Shown here: positions 1 through 10,157 of the stretch, one piece after another
How the letters are laid out: each line of letters starts with the position of its first letter
How positions within the stretch are numbered: position 1 is the stretch's first letter
NCBI GenBank assembly: GCA_026397175.1
Contig: JAPLVK010000021.1
Location: 56,989-120,988 of the forward strand
DNA: 64,000 nucleotides
Origin: Candidatus Berkelbacteria bacterium
Lineage (GTDB): Bacteria; Patescibacteriota; UBA1384; DTJR01
Direction of reading: 5' to 3'
The notes under the pieces: model-generated
The model's input: only the letters and a program-made list of their open reading frames with translations
The model's database searches: none
Told to the model about the DNA's origin: nothing
Program-made: the position numbers and the translations under genes

Positions 1-549
1 AATAATGGTGTCAACGGCAATAGCGGTTTTTCCGGTTCCTCTGTCGCCAATAATCAACTCTCTTTGACCGCGACCGATTGGAATGATTGAATCAATCGCC
101 TTAATTCCGGTCTGAAGTGGCTTCCTAACTGATTCTCTCTCAATAACTCCCGGCGCCACTTTTTCGATTTCCATCATTTTCTCGGCTTTAATCGCGCCTT
201 TGCCGTCGATTGGATTGCCCAAAGTGTCAATAACTCGGCCGATCAAGTTTTTGCCGGCGGGGACTTTGGCAATTTCCCCGGTTGATTCAACTTCATCGCC
301 CGATGAAATACCGATATAGTCGCCCAAAATAACCGCGCCGATAATGCCTTCTTCCAAGCTCAAAACCATGGCCGAAACCGAGCCCGACTTTGTTTTTATT
401 TTTAGAAGCTCGCCTGATTTGGCTTGGGACAATCCAAAAATTCGCGCAATCCCATCGGCAACTTCTACGATTTCGCCGACTTTTTGCGATTTTATTTTGT
501 CGTCAAATTCCAAAATTTCTTTTTTTAATTCCTGTACAATATCACTCAT
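1..549 (-). CDS. atpA: F1 ATP synthase subunit alpha (N-terminal part; runs off the window start)
   Basis: Manual minus-strand translation from ATG at 549: MSDIVQELKKEI..VGEIVEVADGIARIFGL..PIGRGQRELIIGDRGTGKT; follows atpH in the operon. Confidence 0.95.
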   Translation of the reverse strand, partial: MSDIVQELKKEILEFDDKIKSQKVGEIVEVADGIARIFGLSQAKSGELLKIKTKSGSVSAMVLSLEEGIIGAVILGDYIGISSGDEVESTGEIAKVPAGKNLIGRVIDTLGNPIDGKGAIKAEKMMEIEKVAPGVIERESVRKPLQTGIKAIDSIIPIGRGQRELIIGDRGTGKTAIAVDTII

Positions 550-941
550 CTTCCACCCGCCATTTTTAATCTTAATTGATTTAGTTGCCCTCTCCACGAC
601 AGATCAATCATTTCATCTTGAACCCTGATTTTGATTCCTCCTAAAATATTTTTGTCTGTCTGACTAGTAAGATCGACCTTACTTTCATATTTTTCTTCGA
701 GCCGTTTCTGAATTAGTTTCAGATCTTGCTCGTTTAAGACCTCCATCGAATAAACATATGCAGAAAGTTTATTGTTGCTTGCCGACATTTTCTCTTTGAT
801 TTGAACGAGAAGATTATCCATTTGTCCCAATTTTTTCTGCTTTTGAAGTTCAAACCATAAGGCCTTCGCAAAATCGCCGACATTTTGAAAGTTAATTTTT
901 GAAGCCGTAATTTCCGCCAGTTTCGAAATTGATTTTTTCAT
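546..941 (-). CDS. atpH: ATP synthase subunit delta
   Basis: C-terminal DKNILGGIKIRV..IDLS motif; located between atpF and atpA. Confidence 0.9.
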   Translation of the reverse strand: MKKSISKLAEITASKINFQNVGDFAKALWFELQKQKKLGQMDNLLVQIKEKMSASNNKLSAYVYSMEVLNEQDLKLIQKRLEEKYESKVDLTSQTDKNILGGIKIRVQDEMIDLSWRGQLNQLRLKMAGGR

Positions 942-1420
942 TTTATTTTTTCAATTTCCTTTGCGATTTGAGTTTTTTCTTGTTTTGTTTCAAGAATTTT
1001 TTCGGTCGCCGTCGCTACCAAATCAGCTATCTCTTTTTTGGCCTTTGTGAAAATTTGGTCTTGCTCGATTTTTGCTTGATTTCGAGCGGCAACTAAAATT
1101 TCTTCGGATTTCGTCTGCGCCTTCGAAATTGCTTTCGATGCTTCTTCTTCCATCGATTTCTTGGTTTCTTGCACAATTTTTTCTGCGTCCTGATTGGCTT
1201 TATTTATCAATTTTCTGGTTTTCTCTTCGGTTTCTTGCAATATCTTTTGTGATAATTCCGAGTCCTTTAGGCCTTTGGCAATTTTGTCTTGTCTTTCTTT
1301 TAGGATTTTTAAGATCGGATTATACAAAAACTTATACAGCAAAAACATCAGAATCAAAAAATTGATAATCTGTGCGATTAGGAGCTTTCCATCAATGCCC
1401 AGTGCCGAAAGTGCATCCAT
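938..1420 (-). CDS. atpF: ATP synthase subunit b
   Basis: N-terminal TM (AQIINFLIL..LYNPI..ERQ) followed by a coiled coil. Confidence 0.93.
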   Translation of the reverse strand: MDALSALGIDGKLLIAQIINFLILMFLLYKFLYNPILKILKERQDKIAKGLKDSELSQKILQETEEKTRKLINKANQDAEKIVQETKKSMEEEASKAISKAQTKSEEILVAARNQAKIEQDQIFTKAKKEIADLVATATEKILETKQEKTQIAKEIEKIK

Positions 1421-1422
1421 TT

Positions 1423-1686
<264 letters not shown>

Positions 1687-1719
1687 TTATTTTTTGTTTT
1701 TGATTTTATCAGCTATCGT

Positions 1720-1775
1720 TTTACCCTTTACCCTTTACCCTTTTAACTTTTCACTTTCCCCTTTTCACTTTCCCC
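1720..1775. repeat. Heptamer tandem array (TTTACCC x3, then degenerate TTTCACT/TTTCCCC units)
   Basis: Directly visible in the atpB-atpE spacer. Confidence 0.8.
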
Positions 1776-2512
1776 TAATGTATTTCCGCCGTCGCTCCTT
1801 TTATAAAAACCAGTGCCAGCATTGTAAAAACCAAGGCCTGAATAAATCCGACAAAAAGCTCAAGGAAAAAAAACGGAAGAGGCGCGACTAGCGGAACAAG
1901 AAAAGCAACAACAACCAACAAAACCTCTCCGGCAAAAACATTGCCAAAAAGTCGAAATGAAAACGAGATAATTCTAGCAAACTCCCCGATAAGTTCAAGT
2001 ATACCGACAAAAAAATTAATTGGACTCGAGAAGTTTATAAATTTTTTTCCATATTTAACAATTCCGATTGCCGCAACACCAAAGACCTGAACTGCAATCA
2101 TGGTGATAACAGCCAAAGCCAAAGTGGTGTTTAAGTCGGCATTTCCCGATCTAAAAAGCGGGATAAGAGTTGCATGGCCATTTTTAATCGTGTGTAGCCC
2201 GATTGTTCCGACTCCGGGGACAAGGCCGATCCAGTTGTTGGCGATAACGAAAATAAAAATGGTGGCGACGAGCGGGAAATATTTTCTCGTTTTTTCTTCG
2301 TCTTCGATAACACTGTTGGCGGTATTAAACAGAAACTCGATAATTGTTTCAAAAAAATTCTGGATTCCCTCTGGGATTGCTTTAATTTTATCCGTAGCCA
2401 ACACTGCTAGAATAATCAACAAAACGGAAACAACCCACGACAACAATATACTGTTGGTTATAGGCAAGGGTCCGATATGCCCGATTTTTTCGGCGACAAT
2501 AGAAATTTCCAT
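1775..2512 (-). CDS. atpB: ATP synthase subunit a
   Basis: SFSFRLFGNVFAGE and FIQALVF motifs. Confidence 0.96.
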   Translation of the reverse strand: MEISIVAEKIGHIGPLPITNSILLSWVVSVLLIILAVLATDKIKAIPEGIQNFFETIIEFLFNTANSVIEDEEKTRKYFPLVATIFIFVIANNWIGLVPGVGTIGLHTIKNGHATLIPLFRSGNADLNTTLALAVITMIAVQVFGVAAIGIVKYGKKFINFSSPINFFVGILELIGEFARIISFSFRLFGNVFAGEVLLVVVAFLVPLVAPLPFFFLELFVGFIQALVFTMLALVFIKGATAEIH

Positions 2513-2736
2513 TAGTCCAATTCCTTAATTTTTTCGATTGCGTCTTTAACCGTTTTTCTTAAAATAAAGAAAGAAATAAAAGCTGCAAATACAATGGCCA
2601 CAATGAATAATTTGGGAGTCGTGTTAAAGCGATGATCGAAGTAGCTTCCGAGAAACGCAAACACAACTAGCGGCAAGGCCGTTTCAATTCCAATTTTACC
2701 AATAAATGACAAAGAAAAAAACAGTCCTTTTTTCAT
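2512..2736 (-). CDS. AtpZ/AtpI-family membrane protein (first gene of the atp operon)
   Basis: Two TM segments with GSYFDHRFNTTP; operon position. Confidence 0.75.
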   Translation of the reverse strand: MKKGLFFSLSFIGKIGIETALPLVVFAFLGSYFDHRFNTTPKLFIVAIVFAAFISFFILRKTVKDAIEKIKELD

Positions 2737-2818
2737 GTTCTATAGGGATTTATGTCTCCCTAATCAAAATAGCAAAATAAGGTTGGCAAATCAACCTTCT
2801 TCTGATACTCTGGTTTTG

Positions 2819-3472
2819 ATGTTATATATGATGGCTTCGCCAATCGGCAATCTTGATGATCTCACTCTAAGGCAAAGTAACATTTTGTCTTGTGTTGATT
2901 TTGTGTTGGCGGAGGACACCAGAAATTCTAAAAAAATTCTAGACAAACTAAATATCAAAAAAGAACTGATTTCATTTCACGAACATTCAAACGAATCAAA
3001 ACTTTTAACTATTATAGAGATGTTAAAGGCCGGCAAATCAGCAGCGTATTTGAGTGATGCGGGAACTCCCAATATTTCAGACCCTGGGGGAAAACTGGTG
3101 GAGTTTGCTTTAAAAAACGATATTGCAGTTTCTCCAATCCCCGGACCGAGTTCTTTAACTACTCTAATTTCCGTTGCACCCTTTGCTTGTTCAAATTTTG
3201 TATTTTTAGGTTATTTTCCAAAGAAAAAAGGCAGAGAAAAAATTATTGAAAAAATCAAAAATTACGACATGCCGGTTTTCTTTTTTGAATCCCCTTATCG
3301 GATTAAAAAAACCCTCAATCATCTTAAAGAACGCCTCGAGGGCTATCATATCCTAATCGGCCGCGAATTGACTAAAAAGTTTGAAGAAATTATATTTTGC
3401 GATTTAAATAATCCTGGCCTGCAAAACATCACTGAAAAAGGCGAATTTGTGTTTGCTTTAGTCAAGATATAA
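2819..3472 (+). CDS. rsmI: 16S rRNA (cytidine-2'-O)-methyltransferase
   Basis: SPIGNLDD, AEDTR, SDAGTPNISDPG, FESPYR; start moved to ATG 2819. Confidence 0.93.
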   Translation: MLYMMASPIGNLDDLTLRQSNILSCVDFVLAEDTRNSKKILDKLNIKKELISFHEHSNESKLLTIIEMLKAGKSAAYLSDAGTPNISDPGGKLVEFALKNDIAVSPIPGPSSLTTLISVAPFACSNFVFLGYFPKKKGREKIIEKIKNYDMPVFFFESPYRIKKTLNHLKERLEGYHILIGRELTKKFEEIIFCDLNNPGLQNITEKGEFVFALVKI

Positions 3473-3496
3473 TCAATCGCTCCCATATTTGTCTTT

Positions 3497-3533
3497 ACTT
3501 TATGAACTTTATACTTTATAAACTTTAAAAACT
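3497..3533. repeat. ACTTTATGA/ACTTTATAA ~9-mer tandem array (copy of a dispersed family)
   Basis: Same unit at 47886-47984 and 60779-60815. Confidence 0.75.
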
Positions 3534-3538
3534 CATCC

Positions 3539-3567
3539 TTGCACTTGATTTTTTAAATATGTATAAT
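3539..3567 (+). promoter_or_regulatory. sigma70-type promoter for the secreted-protein cluster
   Basis: TTGCAC-17 nt-TATAAT; GGAGGA RBS at 3601-3606. Confidence 0.6.
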
Positions 3568-3608
3568 AAAGAAAGTTAACGAACTAATTTATTTTTTGTA
3601 GGAGGATT

Positions 3609-4871
3609 ATGGGTAAGGTGAAAATTCACAAAGGGTTTATCGGTGCAATTACAGCGGTGGCAGTAATTGCTGTTTTGGCCGGTACGGCTATTCGGCTTCA
3701 GTCAATTTCTGCGGATACCACAACCCCTGACGCTACCGGCAATGGTCTTAAGGGCGAATATTTTAAAACCGTGAGCCCGACCGGAACGCCGGAATTTACA
3801 TGCCTGGTTAAGAAATTAGAATTCAACTGGATAGCGACCCAGCCGACATCAGCTCACGATGGCTGCACGCCTCAAACCGGAGCAGTTGGCATTGATAATT
3901 TCTCTGTTAAATACACGGGACAAGTCCAGCCACAATATAGCGACACCTATACATTTTACGCGCTTACAGATGACGGAGTAAAGGTTTGGGTAAATAGTCA
4001 ATTGATAATTAACACATGGACAAATCAAACCAGTTCCGTCGAGTCAAAAGGTACAATTGCTCTACAGGCGGGTAAAAAATATCCGATAAAAATCGAATAT
4101 TATAATGGTGTCGGAAATGCACAGATGCAACTTTTATGGTCAAACTCCCATTCGCTCACAGCGTTCACTTCTCATCAAGTAAAACAAACTATTCCGCAAA
4201 GTCGGCTTTATACTGACTGGACTCCGCCGTCTGCATCAGCCACTGCTTCGCCGTCTACGACAGTCATGACCGAAACATTTAAAGGTGGGACGCAGGGTGT
4301 AAGCAAATACACGGCGCTTTACTTGCCGGCTGATACCACCGCGATTGCTACAAAACAACTTCAAGATGCCGGTCTCACGGTTTGGGCATTCAACAGAAGG
4401 TATGTTGAGGACTGGAATACTGATATTGTCGGCCTTAATCATGGTGTTGGCTACTATGTCGGGAATCCGTCCGGTGTAGATAAGACAGTTACGGTTAATC
4501 AACAAGTGGCTGAAAGTGCATCCAATATTTATATGCGAAAAGGTTGGAATTTACTGGCCAATAGCTCGACGAAAGCCGTGTCGCTTGCCGACTTGAAGTA
4601 TTATCTTAACCCGACCTGTACCCAAACAACCAATGCAAGCGGAAAAATTGTCAACTCCAATTGCACCGTTGGGGCCTCAACAACCCCGATCAGTGATTTA
4701 TTTCAGGGTACTGATGTAAATGCATATCTGGCCTACACGACAATTTACGAGATAAAAAATCCCGAAGCACAAACCGCAAGTGAGGCCTTTGACCAAGTGA
4801 CTGTTACGGCCAGCAACGCCAGTACTCTGACTATTCCCGCTCAAACGATGTTTTGGTTATATATCTGGTAA
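3609..4871 (+). CDS. Secreted protein with PA14 domain plus shared C-terminal GWNLL/FWxY domain
   Basis: N-terminal TM; GNGLKGEYF..DNFSVKYTG..YTFYALTDDGVKVWVN is PA14-like; C-terminal half paralogous to the next genes. Confidence 0.8.
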   Translation: MGKVKIHKGFIGAITAVAVIAVLAGTAIRLQSISADTTTPDATGNGLKGEYFKTVSPTGTPEFTCLVKKLEFNWIATQPTSAHDGCTPQTGAVGIDNFSVKYTGQVQPQYSDTYTFYALTDDGVKVWVNSQLIINTWTNQTSSVESKGTIALQAGKKYPIKIEYYNGVGNAQMQLLWSNSHSLTAFTSHQVKQTIPQSRLYTDWTPPSASATASPSTTVMTETFKGGTQGVSKYTALYLPADTTAIATKQLQDAGLTVWAFNRRYVEDWNTDIVGLNHGVGYYVGNPSGVDKTVTVNQQVAESASNIYMRKGWNLLANSSTKAVSLADLKYYLNPTCTQTTNASGKIVNSNCTVGASTTPISDLFQGTDVNAYLAYTTIYEIKNPEAQTASEAFDQVTVTASNASTLTIPAQTMFWLYIW

Positions 4872-4911
4872 ATTTAAATTGGGGGTATTGGACATTATCT
4901 AAAGGAGGACT

Positions 4912-6165
4912 GTGAAAAAAATAGGGCTGCAAAAAACATTTATTTTTGGGATAACGGCGGTTGCTCTTGTGGCGATTGCAACTGGTGCCATTATTCGTTT
5001 GCAGTCAATTTCGGCAAGCACGGACACCGCGAGTGTATCATGCGTTGCCGGCTCAACGGCCGTTCAAACCGATTTAAGCGCCGAAGAAGCAAGTTCTTTT
5101 GGTGCATCCGCCAAGGCCTATACAGTTCATACTACTCAAGGGTGGGGCAGATCTAACGGTGGGGACTTTCGGCTGGTAGTGGCGGCGCAAGAACAAAGTC
5201 GTCTAGGTAGTGGGGGACTTGTGCGATTTACCGTCGCTCTTGGCAATTTGAATAATTTTGTTTATGCGGAAAAAACAGGGAGAATAATCCTAAAATTTTC
5301 CAATAGCCAACAAACCATTTTTGAGTACGGTGATCCCCAGCTTGCAACGGGTAAATATTTGATTAAGCAAGCGAACTGGTCGGTTCTTGACTATTCGGTT
5401 TCCGTTAACGCCGAAATGAGATGGGGAACCGGTAATTATCTTCAGGGCTGTGTTTCAAACGCAATCAATTTGCAAGAGGCCTTAGGATTAGTGCCGACAG
5501 CGACATCAACTGCAACAGCGACTGCGACAACATCCCTAACCGCTTCCGCAACCGCAACAACCGTGTCAACTCAAACTACGCTTGATGTTTTAAGCGGCTA
5601 TAACGCGGTTTATTTACCCGACACTCAAAACGCGCTTTTAACCCAGCAATTAAAAGATGTCGGCATGAGTGTCTTTGAATTTAATCATAAATCGTTGAAA
5701 AGTTGGGACAATGATTCAAATGTCTTTTACCATGGAATTGGCTACTATGTCTATAATCCCGGGGCCGAAACCTCCGTCTTGGTCAATTCAGCCCCACAAA
5801 CTCCAGAGACATATTATGATCGTTATATCCAAAACGGTTGGAATCTTCTCTCGAACGGCTCGACAAGTGATAAAAAATTGAGTGATCTGGTTTATTATGT
5901 TAATAATCTTTGCACGATTGTAAGTGATAAAAATGGCAACCCAACCAGTACTGCCGCTTGCGATAGTTTATTGTCTTACAAATTGTCCGATCTTATAACT
6001 TCTAACGCGCAGACAACCCGCGGATATGCCACCTTGTATATAATCAAAGATCCTCACGGTCAAACGGCAACGGACGCCTTCGAGCAAGTGGATGTTACCG
6101 ACCAGAACAAGGATTCAATCGTGATTCCAGCAGGAAAGTTGTTCTGGTTCTATTTATTTGAATAG
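4912..6165 (+). CDS. Secreted protein, paralogue of 3609 (Thr-rich linker plus shared C-terminal domain)
   Basis: Similar signal region (RLQSISA); HGIGYYVYNP, GWNLLSN, FWFYLF. Confidence 0.8.
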   Translation: MKKIGLQKTFIFGITAVALVAIATGAIIRLQSISASTDTASVSCVAGSTAVQTDLSAEEASSFGASAKAYTVHTTQGWGRSNGGDFRLVVAAQEQSRLGSGGLVRFTVALGNLNNFVYAEKTGRIILKFSNSQQTIFEYGDPQLATGKYLIKQANWSVLDYSVSVNAEMRWGTGNYLQGCVSNAINLQEALGLVPTATSTATATATTSLTASATATTVSTQTTLDVLSGYNAVYLPDTQNALLTQQLKDVGMSVFEFNHKSLKSWDNDSNVFYHGIGYYVYNPGAETSVLVNSAPQTPETYYDRYIQNGWNLLSNGSTSDKKLSDLVYYVNNLCTIVSDKNGNPTSTAACDSLLSYKLSDLITSNAQTTRGYATLYIIKDPHGQTATDAFEQVDVTDQNKDSIVIPAGKLFWFYLFE

Positions 6166-6179
6166 TTTAAGGAGAAATT

Positions 6180-7742
6180 TTGGCAAACAGGGCTTCAAAG
6201 ATCTATATTGCCGGACTTGCTGCAATAGTTGTTTCTGTTTTGGGAGTTATCACTCTATCAACGGCGTCTTCTCTTGTGCCGAAGTCATCTTCTAATCTTT
6301 TGGAGTCAATTTGTGACGGTCAAAAATCATTTTATCTGCCTTCAGAGCTCTTAAATTTAGAGAAAAAGAAATATTCAAAAAATGCGCGCGGTTTCAAATT
6401 TATTGATAATAATTATGATAGTTTTAGGATTGTGATTGACTTCGGTCGCGCCTCAAAAGACAACAACGAAATTGAATTCGTTCTTTATTTGACCAATTTA
6501 TCTCAAGAAAAAGTTGATCTTGAAAATCTTGGAATAAAACTTGAATCTTCCGATAAATCCCAAATTACTCTTTCGCCAAATGATAATAATTTAGAGCTCA
6601 TAAAAAATCAGACAAAAGTTTTTAAAGCAAAACAAAATTTACCGAAAGACGATCAGGAAAGTTCAATGTCATATGATCTTATTGTTTCAAACAAAAACAA
6701 TAATGTCTGCACTGGTAAAATTCCCGAAATTGTAAAAATTGAACCGAAAAATCTTGATAATTTCAATGTCTTACAAGCAGACAACTTGGCTGTTTCGTCA
6801 AGGGAATTTGGGGATTTTGAAATTCCACCCGGTTTTAGCCCGATTGGTTTTTCCGATTTTCGACAATTGAAGCCATTTAAAGATAAAGGCCTAACAATTA
6901 TTGGTTATAATCTCAAAGGGCACGAATGGACAATTATTTCCAAAAACAATGATTTTTTGGCCGAACCGGGTGTCGGTTATTTTGTTTTGAATCCAACCGA
7001 AAAGACGATTTTGGTTGATGCCGGATTTCCCTTTTTCACTCCGGACGATATTGCGCGAAATACAGTCCGAAAGGGCTGGAATCTTATCTACAACGATACA
7101 GGAAATAATGCTTCCCCAAAAGAAATTAGTATCTCGATTTATCCGGGTTATAATCAATCGCGGGATTTTGAGGTCTCTTCCTATTCTCTACAGGATCTAA
7201 TTGACAAAAAAATTGCTTCAGGTGATATTTATATCGTTGATCCCGGAGATGCCTCGGTTTTAGGCCGAAAAACCGCACTTTCTTCCTCGACATTTTTAAT
7301 CCCTCAAGATGGTGTTTTCTGGTTTTATTTGTTTGATGAACCGCAAAATCTGGAGTTGAAAGTTCCTAATTTTCAATTTGAACTAACAGGCGGTGGCGAT
7401 ACATATAAATCGGGCGATTTTGTGCCTTTAACATTTAAAATTACCAATAACGATAACAAGTCGCATCAATTGCTTTTACCCGGCATCAAGGATCCCTGTT
7501 TTCTCGGCCTAACTGTTCTTAATTCATCAAACAATGTTGTTTATAATGACTTAGAAAATAAAACATGTCCTTTGTGGCCGTCAATTGTTGAAGTTTCACA
7601 AGGGGCGAAAGAAGAGTATAATTATTCTTGGGCTATACCAAAAAATTTGAAAGGCGATTTTACTTTAAAGGCCTATTTTAATTATTCTCGTCTCAATTCA
7701 TCGAATATGTTATATAATGAAAGTAAGATAAAAGTTGAATGA
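6180..7742 (+). CDS. Secreted protein with the shared domain and a C-terminal Ig-like (BsuPI-like) domain
   Basis: PGVGYFVLNP, KGWNLIYN, FWFYLF, then YKSGDFVPLTFKITN..YSW beta-sandwich pattern. Confidence 0.75.
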   Translation: MANRASKIYIAGLAAIVVSVLGVITLSTASSLVPKSSSNLLESICDGQKSFYLPSELLNLEKKKYSKNARGFKFIDNNYDSFRIVIDFGRASKDNNEIEFVLYLTNLSQEKVDLENLGIKLESSDKSQITLSPNDNNLELIKNQTKVFKAKQNLPKDDQESSMSYDLIVSNKNNNVCTGKIPEIVKIEPKNLDNFNVLQADNLAVSSREFGDFEIPPGFSPIGFSDFRQLKPFKDKGLTIIGYNLKGHEWTIISKNNDFLAEPGVGYFVLNPTEKTILVDAGFPFFTPDDIARNTVRKGWNLIYNDTGNNASPKEISISIYPGYNQSRDFEVSSYSLQDLIDKKIASGDIYIVDPGDASVLGRKTALSSSTFLIPQDGVFWFYLFDEPQNLELKVPNFQFELTGGGDTYKSGDFVPLTFKITNNDNKSHQLLLPGIKDPCFLGLTVLNSSNNVVYNDLENKTCPLWPSIVEVSQGAKEEYNYSWAIPKNLKGDFTLKAYFNYSRLNSSNMLYNESKIKVE

Positions 7743-8140
7743 TAATGAACCAAAGTAGCAGAAATTCCTTGATTGCCATATCTGTCCTTGCCGGCGCCAT
7801 AATCTTAGTCGGATCAATTATTTATAAATCAAATTTTACCATTCAGGCAAGCTCCGAAACAACCCCTGCAACGCCCAACAAATCCGTCCCCTTAAAGACC
7901 GGTTGGAATTCTCTGACAAACGGCCCCAAGACCGCAACCTTACAAAGTAGAATTATCACGATTAACGGAAGTTTGATTTCGATCGAAGAAGCAAAGACAA
8001 GGGGAGTGATTGATAGCGTTGCAAGCACAAAAGATGGTACAATATTAAATGAGAACAATAAGATATTGCCGAAAGAGGGCTTTGAAATTTTTGTTAAAGA
8101 CATCACCTTGTCGCCGGCTTTTTATCCGGAGGAAATTTAA
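7739..8140 (+). CDS. Small secreted protein with a partial shared motif (LKTGWNSL)
   Basis: N-terminal TM, IQA|S motif, operonic overlap. Confidence 0.7.
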   Translation: MIMNQSSRNSLIAISVLAGAIILVGSIIYKSNFTIQASSETTPATPNKSVPLKTGWNSLTNGPKTATLQSRIITINGSLISIEEAKTRGVIDSVASTKDGTILNENNKILPKEGFEIFVKDITLSPAFYPEEI

Positions 8141-9256
8141 TTGAAAAATTTTATGGGATTGGAAGAAAAAGTCAAAAATCATTCGGCCTTGTCGAAGAAA
8201 AAGTACGCCACCGTTGCTGCTATTGCAATTGTCTTGGGGCTTGGTCTTGTTGCTGGCGGTGTCTTGTTAAATTCAAGTCAAACCCAAATTTTTGCCAGCA
8301 CCGACACTCCGCCGACTCCGGCAATTCCAACTCGTTCTGCTCCGCCAACACCTCCGATCCCATCAAGGACGGGAAACTTTTCGTTTGCCGCTGGCTGGAG
8401 CATGATTTCGGGTGATGCGCTATATGGATATGATTTAACCAATTTCTTAAAGGCCGGGCTGACTCTTTATAGTTTTAACGATCCAAAGGTGGCAAATCGC
8501 GATTGGACAGTTAAGGGTTTGGTTGCCGATACAAGCTGTGCAGCAGGACAAAGTTGTCCTCCGACACCGAGTTCTCCAACCAATACATCAGTCATATTTT
8601 ATCCCCAGCCACCATTCGGTTATTATGTCTATAACCCCGGGACCGCTGAAGCTAAGGTTGATCTAAAACCGGGCAGTGCCCCTGATTTATCAAATCAGAT
8701 GGTGGCACGGGGCTGGCACACACTCTATTGGCCGGGCGAGGCGACAACTAAAGATGAACTTCTAAAAAATATCACTTTAAAATATGCAGACGGAACAATA
8801 CTGACTGCAGCGCAAGCGGTCGCAAGCGACCAACACAAGGCAAGTATCGAGATTTATGTGGTTACCGATGAACACTCGATTGATGTTACTGCCTCTTCGA
8901 AACTTTTGACTTCTACCGATTCAAGCGCCGAGATCAGTAAAATCCCCAAAAACAGTTATTTCTGGCTTTATTTGAGACGAACACAGTATCGGGTAACGGA
9001 TGTATATTTGGCCAGCCAAAGCATTTCGACCGCCGAAAAAGAAGCGATTGATGTTTGGCTTAAGGCGAATAATTATACTGACTGTGGAGACGCAGCCGGA
9101 ACAATTTACACCGGCAGCAGTTGTCTATTTGACGAAGCAACCAACACAACGCGTGATAAATACGAATATCTTGTCAATAAATTCCCAGATAAGCCATGGT
9201 TTGCAGCATCAACTCCGCCAACTCCGGCCACTCCATCGGCAACTTCTACGAGCTAA
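8141..9256 (+). CDS. Secreted Pro/Thr-rich protein with the shared domain
   Basis: TM, IFA|S; FGYYVYNP, RGWHTLY, FWLYL. Confidence 0.75.
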   Translation: MKNFMGLEEKVKNHSALSKKKYATVAAIAIVLGLGLVAGGVLLNSSQTQIFASTDTPPTPAIPTRSAPPTPPIPSRTGNFSFAAGWSMISGDALYGYDLTNFLKAGLTLYSFNDPKVANRDWTVKGLVADTSCAAGQSCPPTPSSPTNTSVIFYPQPPFGYYVYNPGTAEAKVDLKPGSAPDLSNQMVARGWHTLYWPGEATTKDELLKNITLKYADGTILTAAQAVASDQHKASIEIYVVTDEHSIDVTASSKLLTSTDSSAEISKIPKNSYFWLYLRRTQYRVTDVYLASQSISTAEKEAIDVWLKANNYTDCGDAAGTIYTGSSCLFDEATNTTRDKYEYLVNKFPDKPWFAASTPPTPATPSATSTS

Positions 9257-9259
9257 CAA

Positions 9260-10102
9260 ATGAACTCCAACAAAGTAATTGATACGCATTGTCATTTGAA
9301 TTTCAAATCATTTCAGGATGATTTTATTTTAGTTGCTAAAAAAGCACGGGAGTCGGGAGTTGAAAAAATAATTATTCCCGGTTCGGATTCGCAGACATCT
9401 TTTCAGGCCCTTGAAAACGCAAAAGCAATTAATCTCGCATTGTCATCCCGACCAGGTTTGGGGGTGGAACCCAAACCTCAGAAAATGTGGAGGGATCTTC
9501 CCCTTTTTGCCTACGCGGCTGTTGGAGTTCATCCGATTCACACCGACAGGAACGGATTCGAAACGATCGAGAAATTGGCGGAACTTCCGGAGGTAGTAGC
9601 GATCGGCGAAACGGGGCTCGATCAATTTCATAATCGAGATAATATCGCCGAACAGTTGGAGTTGCTCGGTAAACATGTTGATCTGGCACTCAAGATAAAT
9701 AAGCCGGTTATTTTTCACAATCGAGAATCGGATGCAGAGTTTTTGACATTTCTTAAATCGCTGCAGAAATTGCCGAGAGGTGTTTTCCATTGTTTTTCAA
9801 GCGATCATCATTTTGCAAAAGAAATAATCGAAATGGGATTTATGATTTCATTTACGGGGAATATAACTTGGGGTAATAAGAAGCTGAAAAAAGTAATAGA
9901 GAGAACGCCGCTTGAACGCATTATGATCGAAACCGATTCACCCTATCTTGTGCCGGAACCATTTAAATCTCAAGGCGTTGAACGAAACGAGCCGGCATAT
10001 GTTCTGGAAGTTGCCAAGAAAATTGCCCAAATTAAAAATATTAAGTTAGAAGAAGTTTGTAGCCAAACCACCCAAAACGCGATTGAGTTTTTTGGACTTT
10101 AA
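9260..10102 (+). CDS. tatD: TatD-family DNase carrying a ~20-aa palindrome-derived insertion
   Basis: IDTHCH, GVHP, IGETGLD, HCFS, ETDSPY. Confidence 0.93.
   Translation: MNSNKVIDTHCHLNFKSFQDDFILVAKKARESGVEKIIIPGSDSQTSFQALENAKAINLALSSRPGLGVEPKPQKMWRDLPLFAYAAVGVHPIHTDRNGFETIEKLAELPEVVAIGETGLDQFHNRDNIAEQLELLGKHVDLALKINKPVIFHNRESDAEFLTFLKSLQKLPRGVFHCFSSDHHFAKEIIEMGFMISFTGNITWGNKKLKKVIERTPLERIMIETDSPYLVPEPFKSQGVERNEPAYVLEVAKKIAQIKNIKLEEVCSQTTQNAIEFFGL
9441..9498 (+). repeat. REP/RPE-like palindromic element inside tatD
   Basis: TGTCATCCCGACC..AGGTTTGGG/CCCAAACCT hairpin..GTGGAGGGATCT; similar GTCAT..ATCT ends at 43117-43163 and ~55580-55645. Confidence 0.65.
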
Positions 10103-10157
10103 ATTTTATTGACATTCGCGAGATCCGTTTTAGGAATATTCAATTATGGATATTTGA

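Noticed and set aside
5490-5570. Thr/Ala codon repeats (ACAGCGAC..)
   Set aside because: Explained by a low-complexity protein linker rather than a DNA element.
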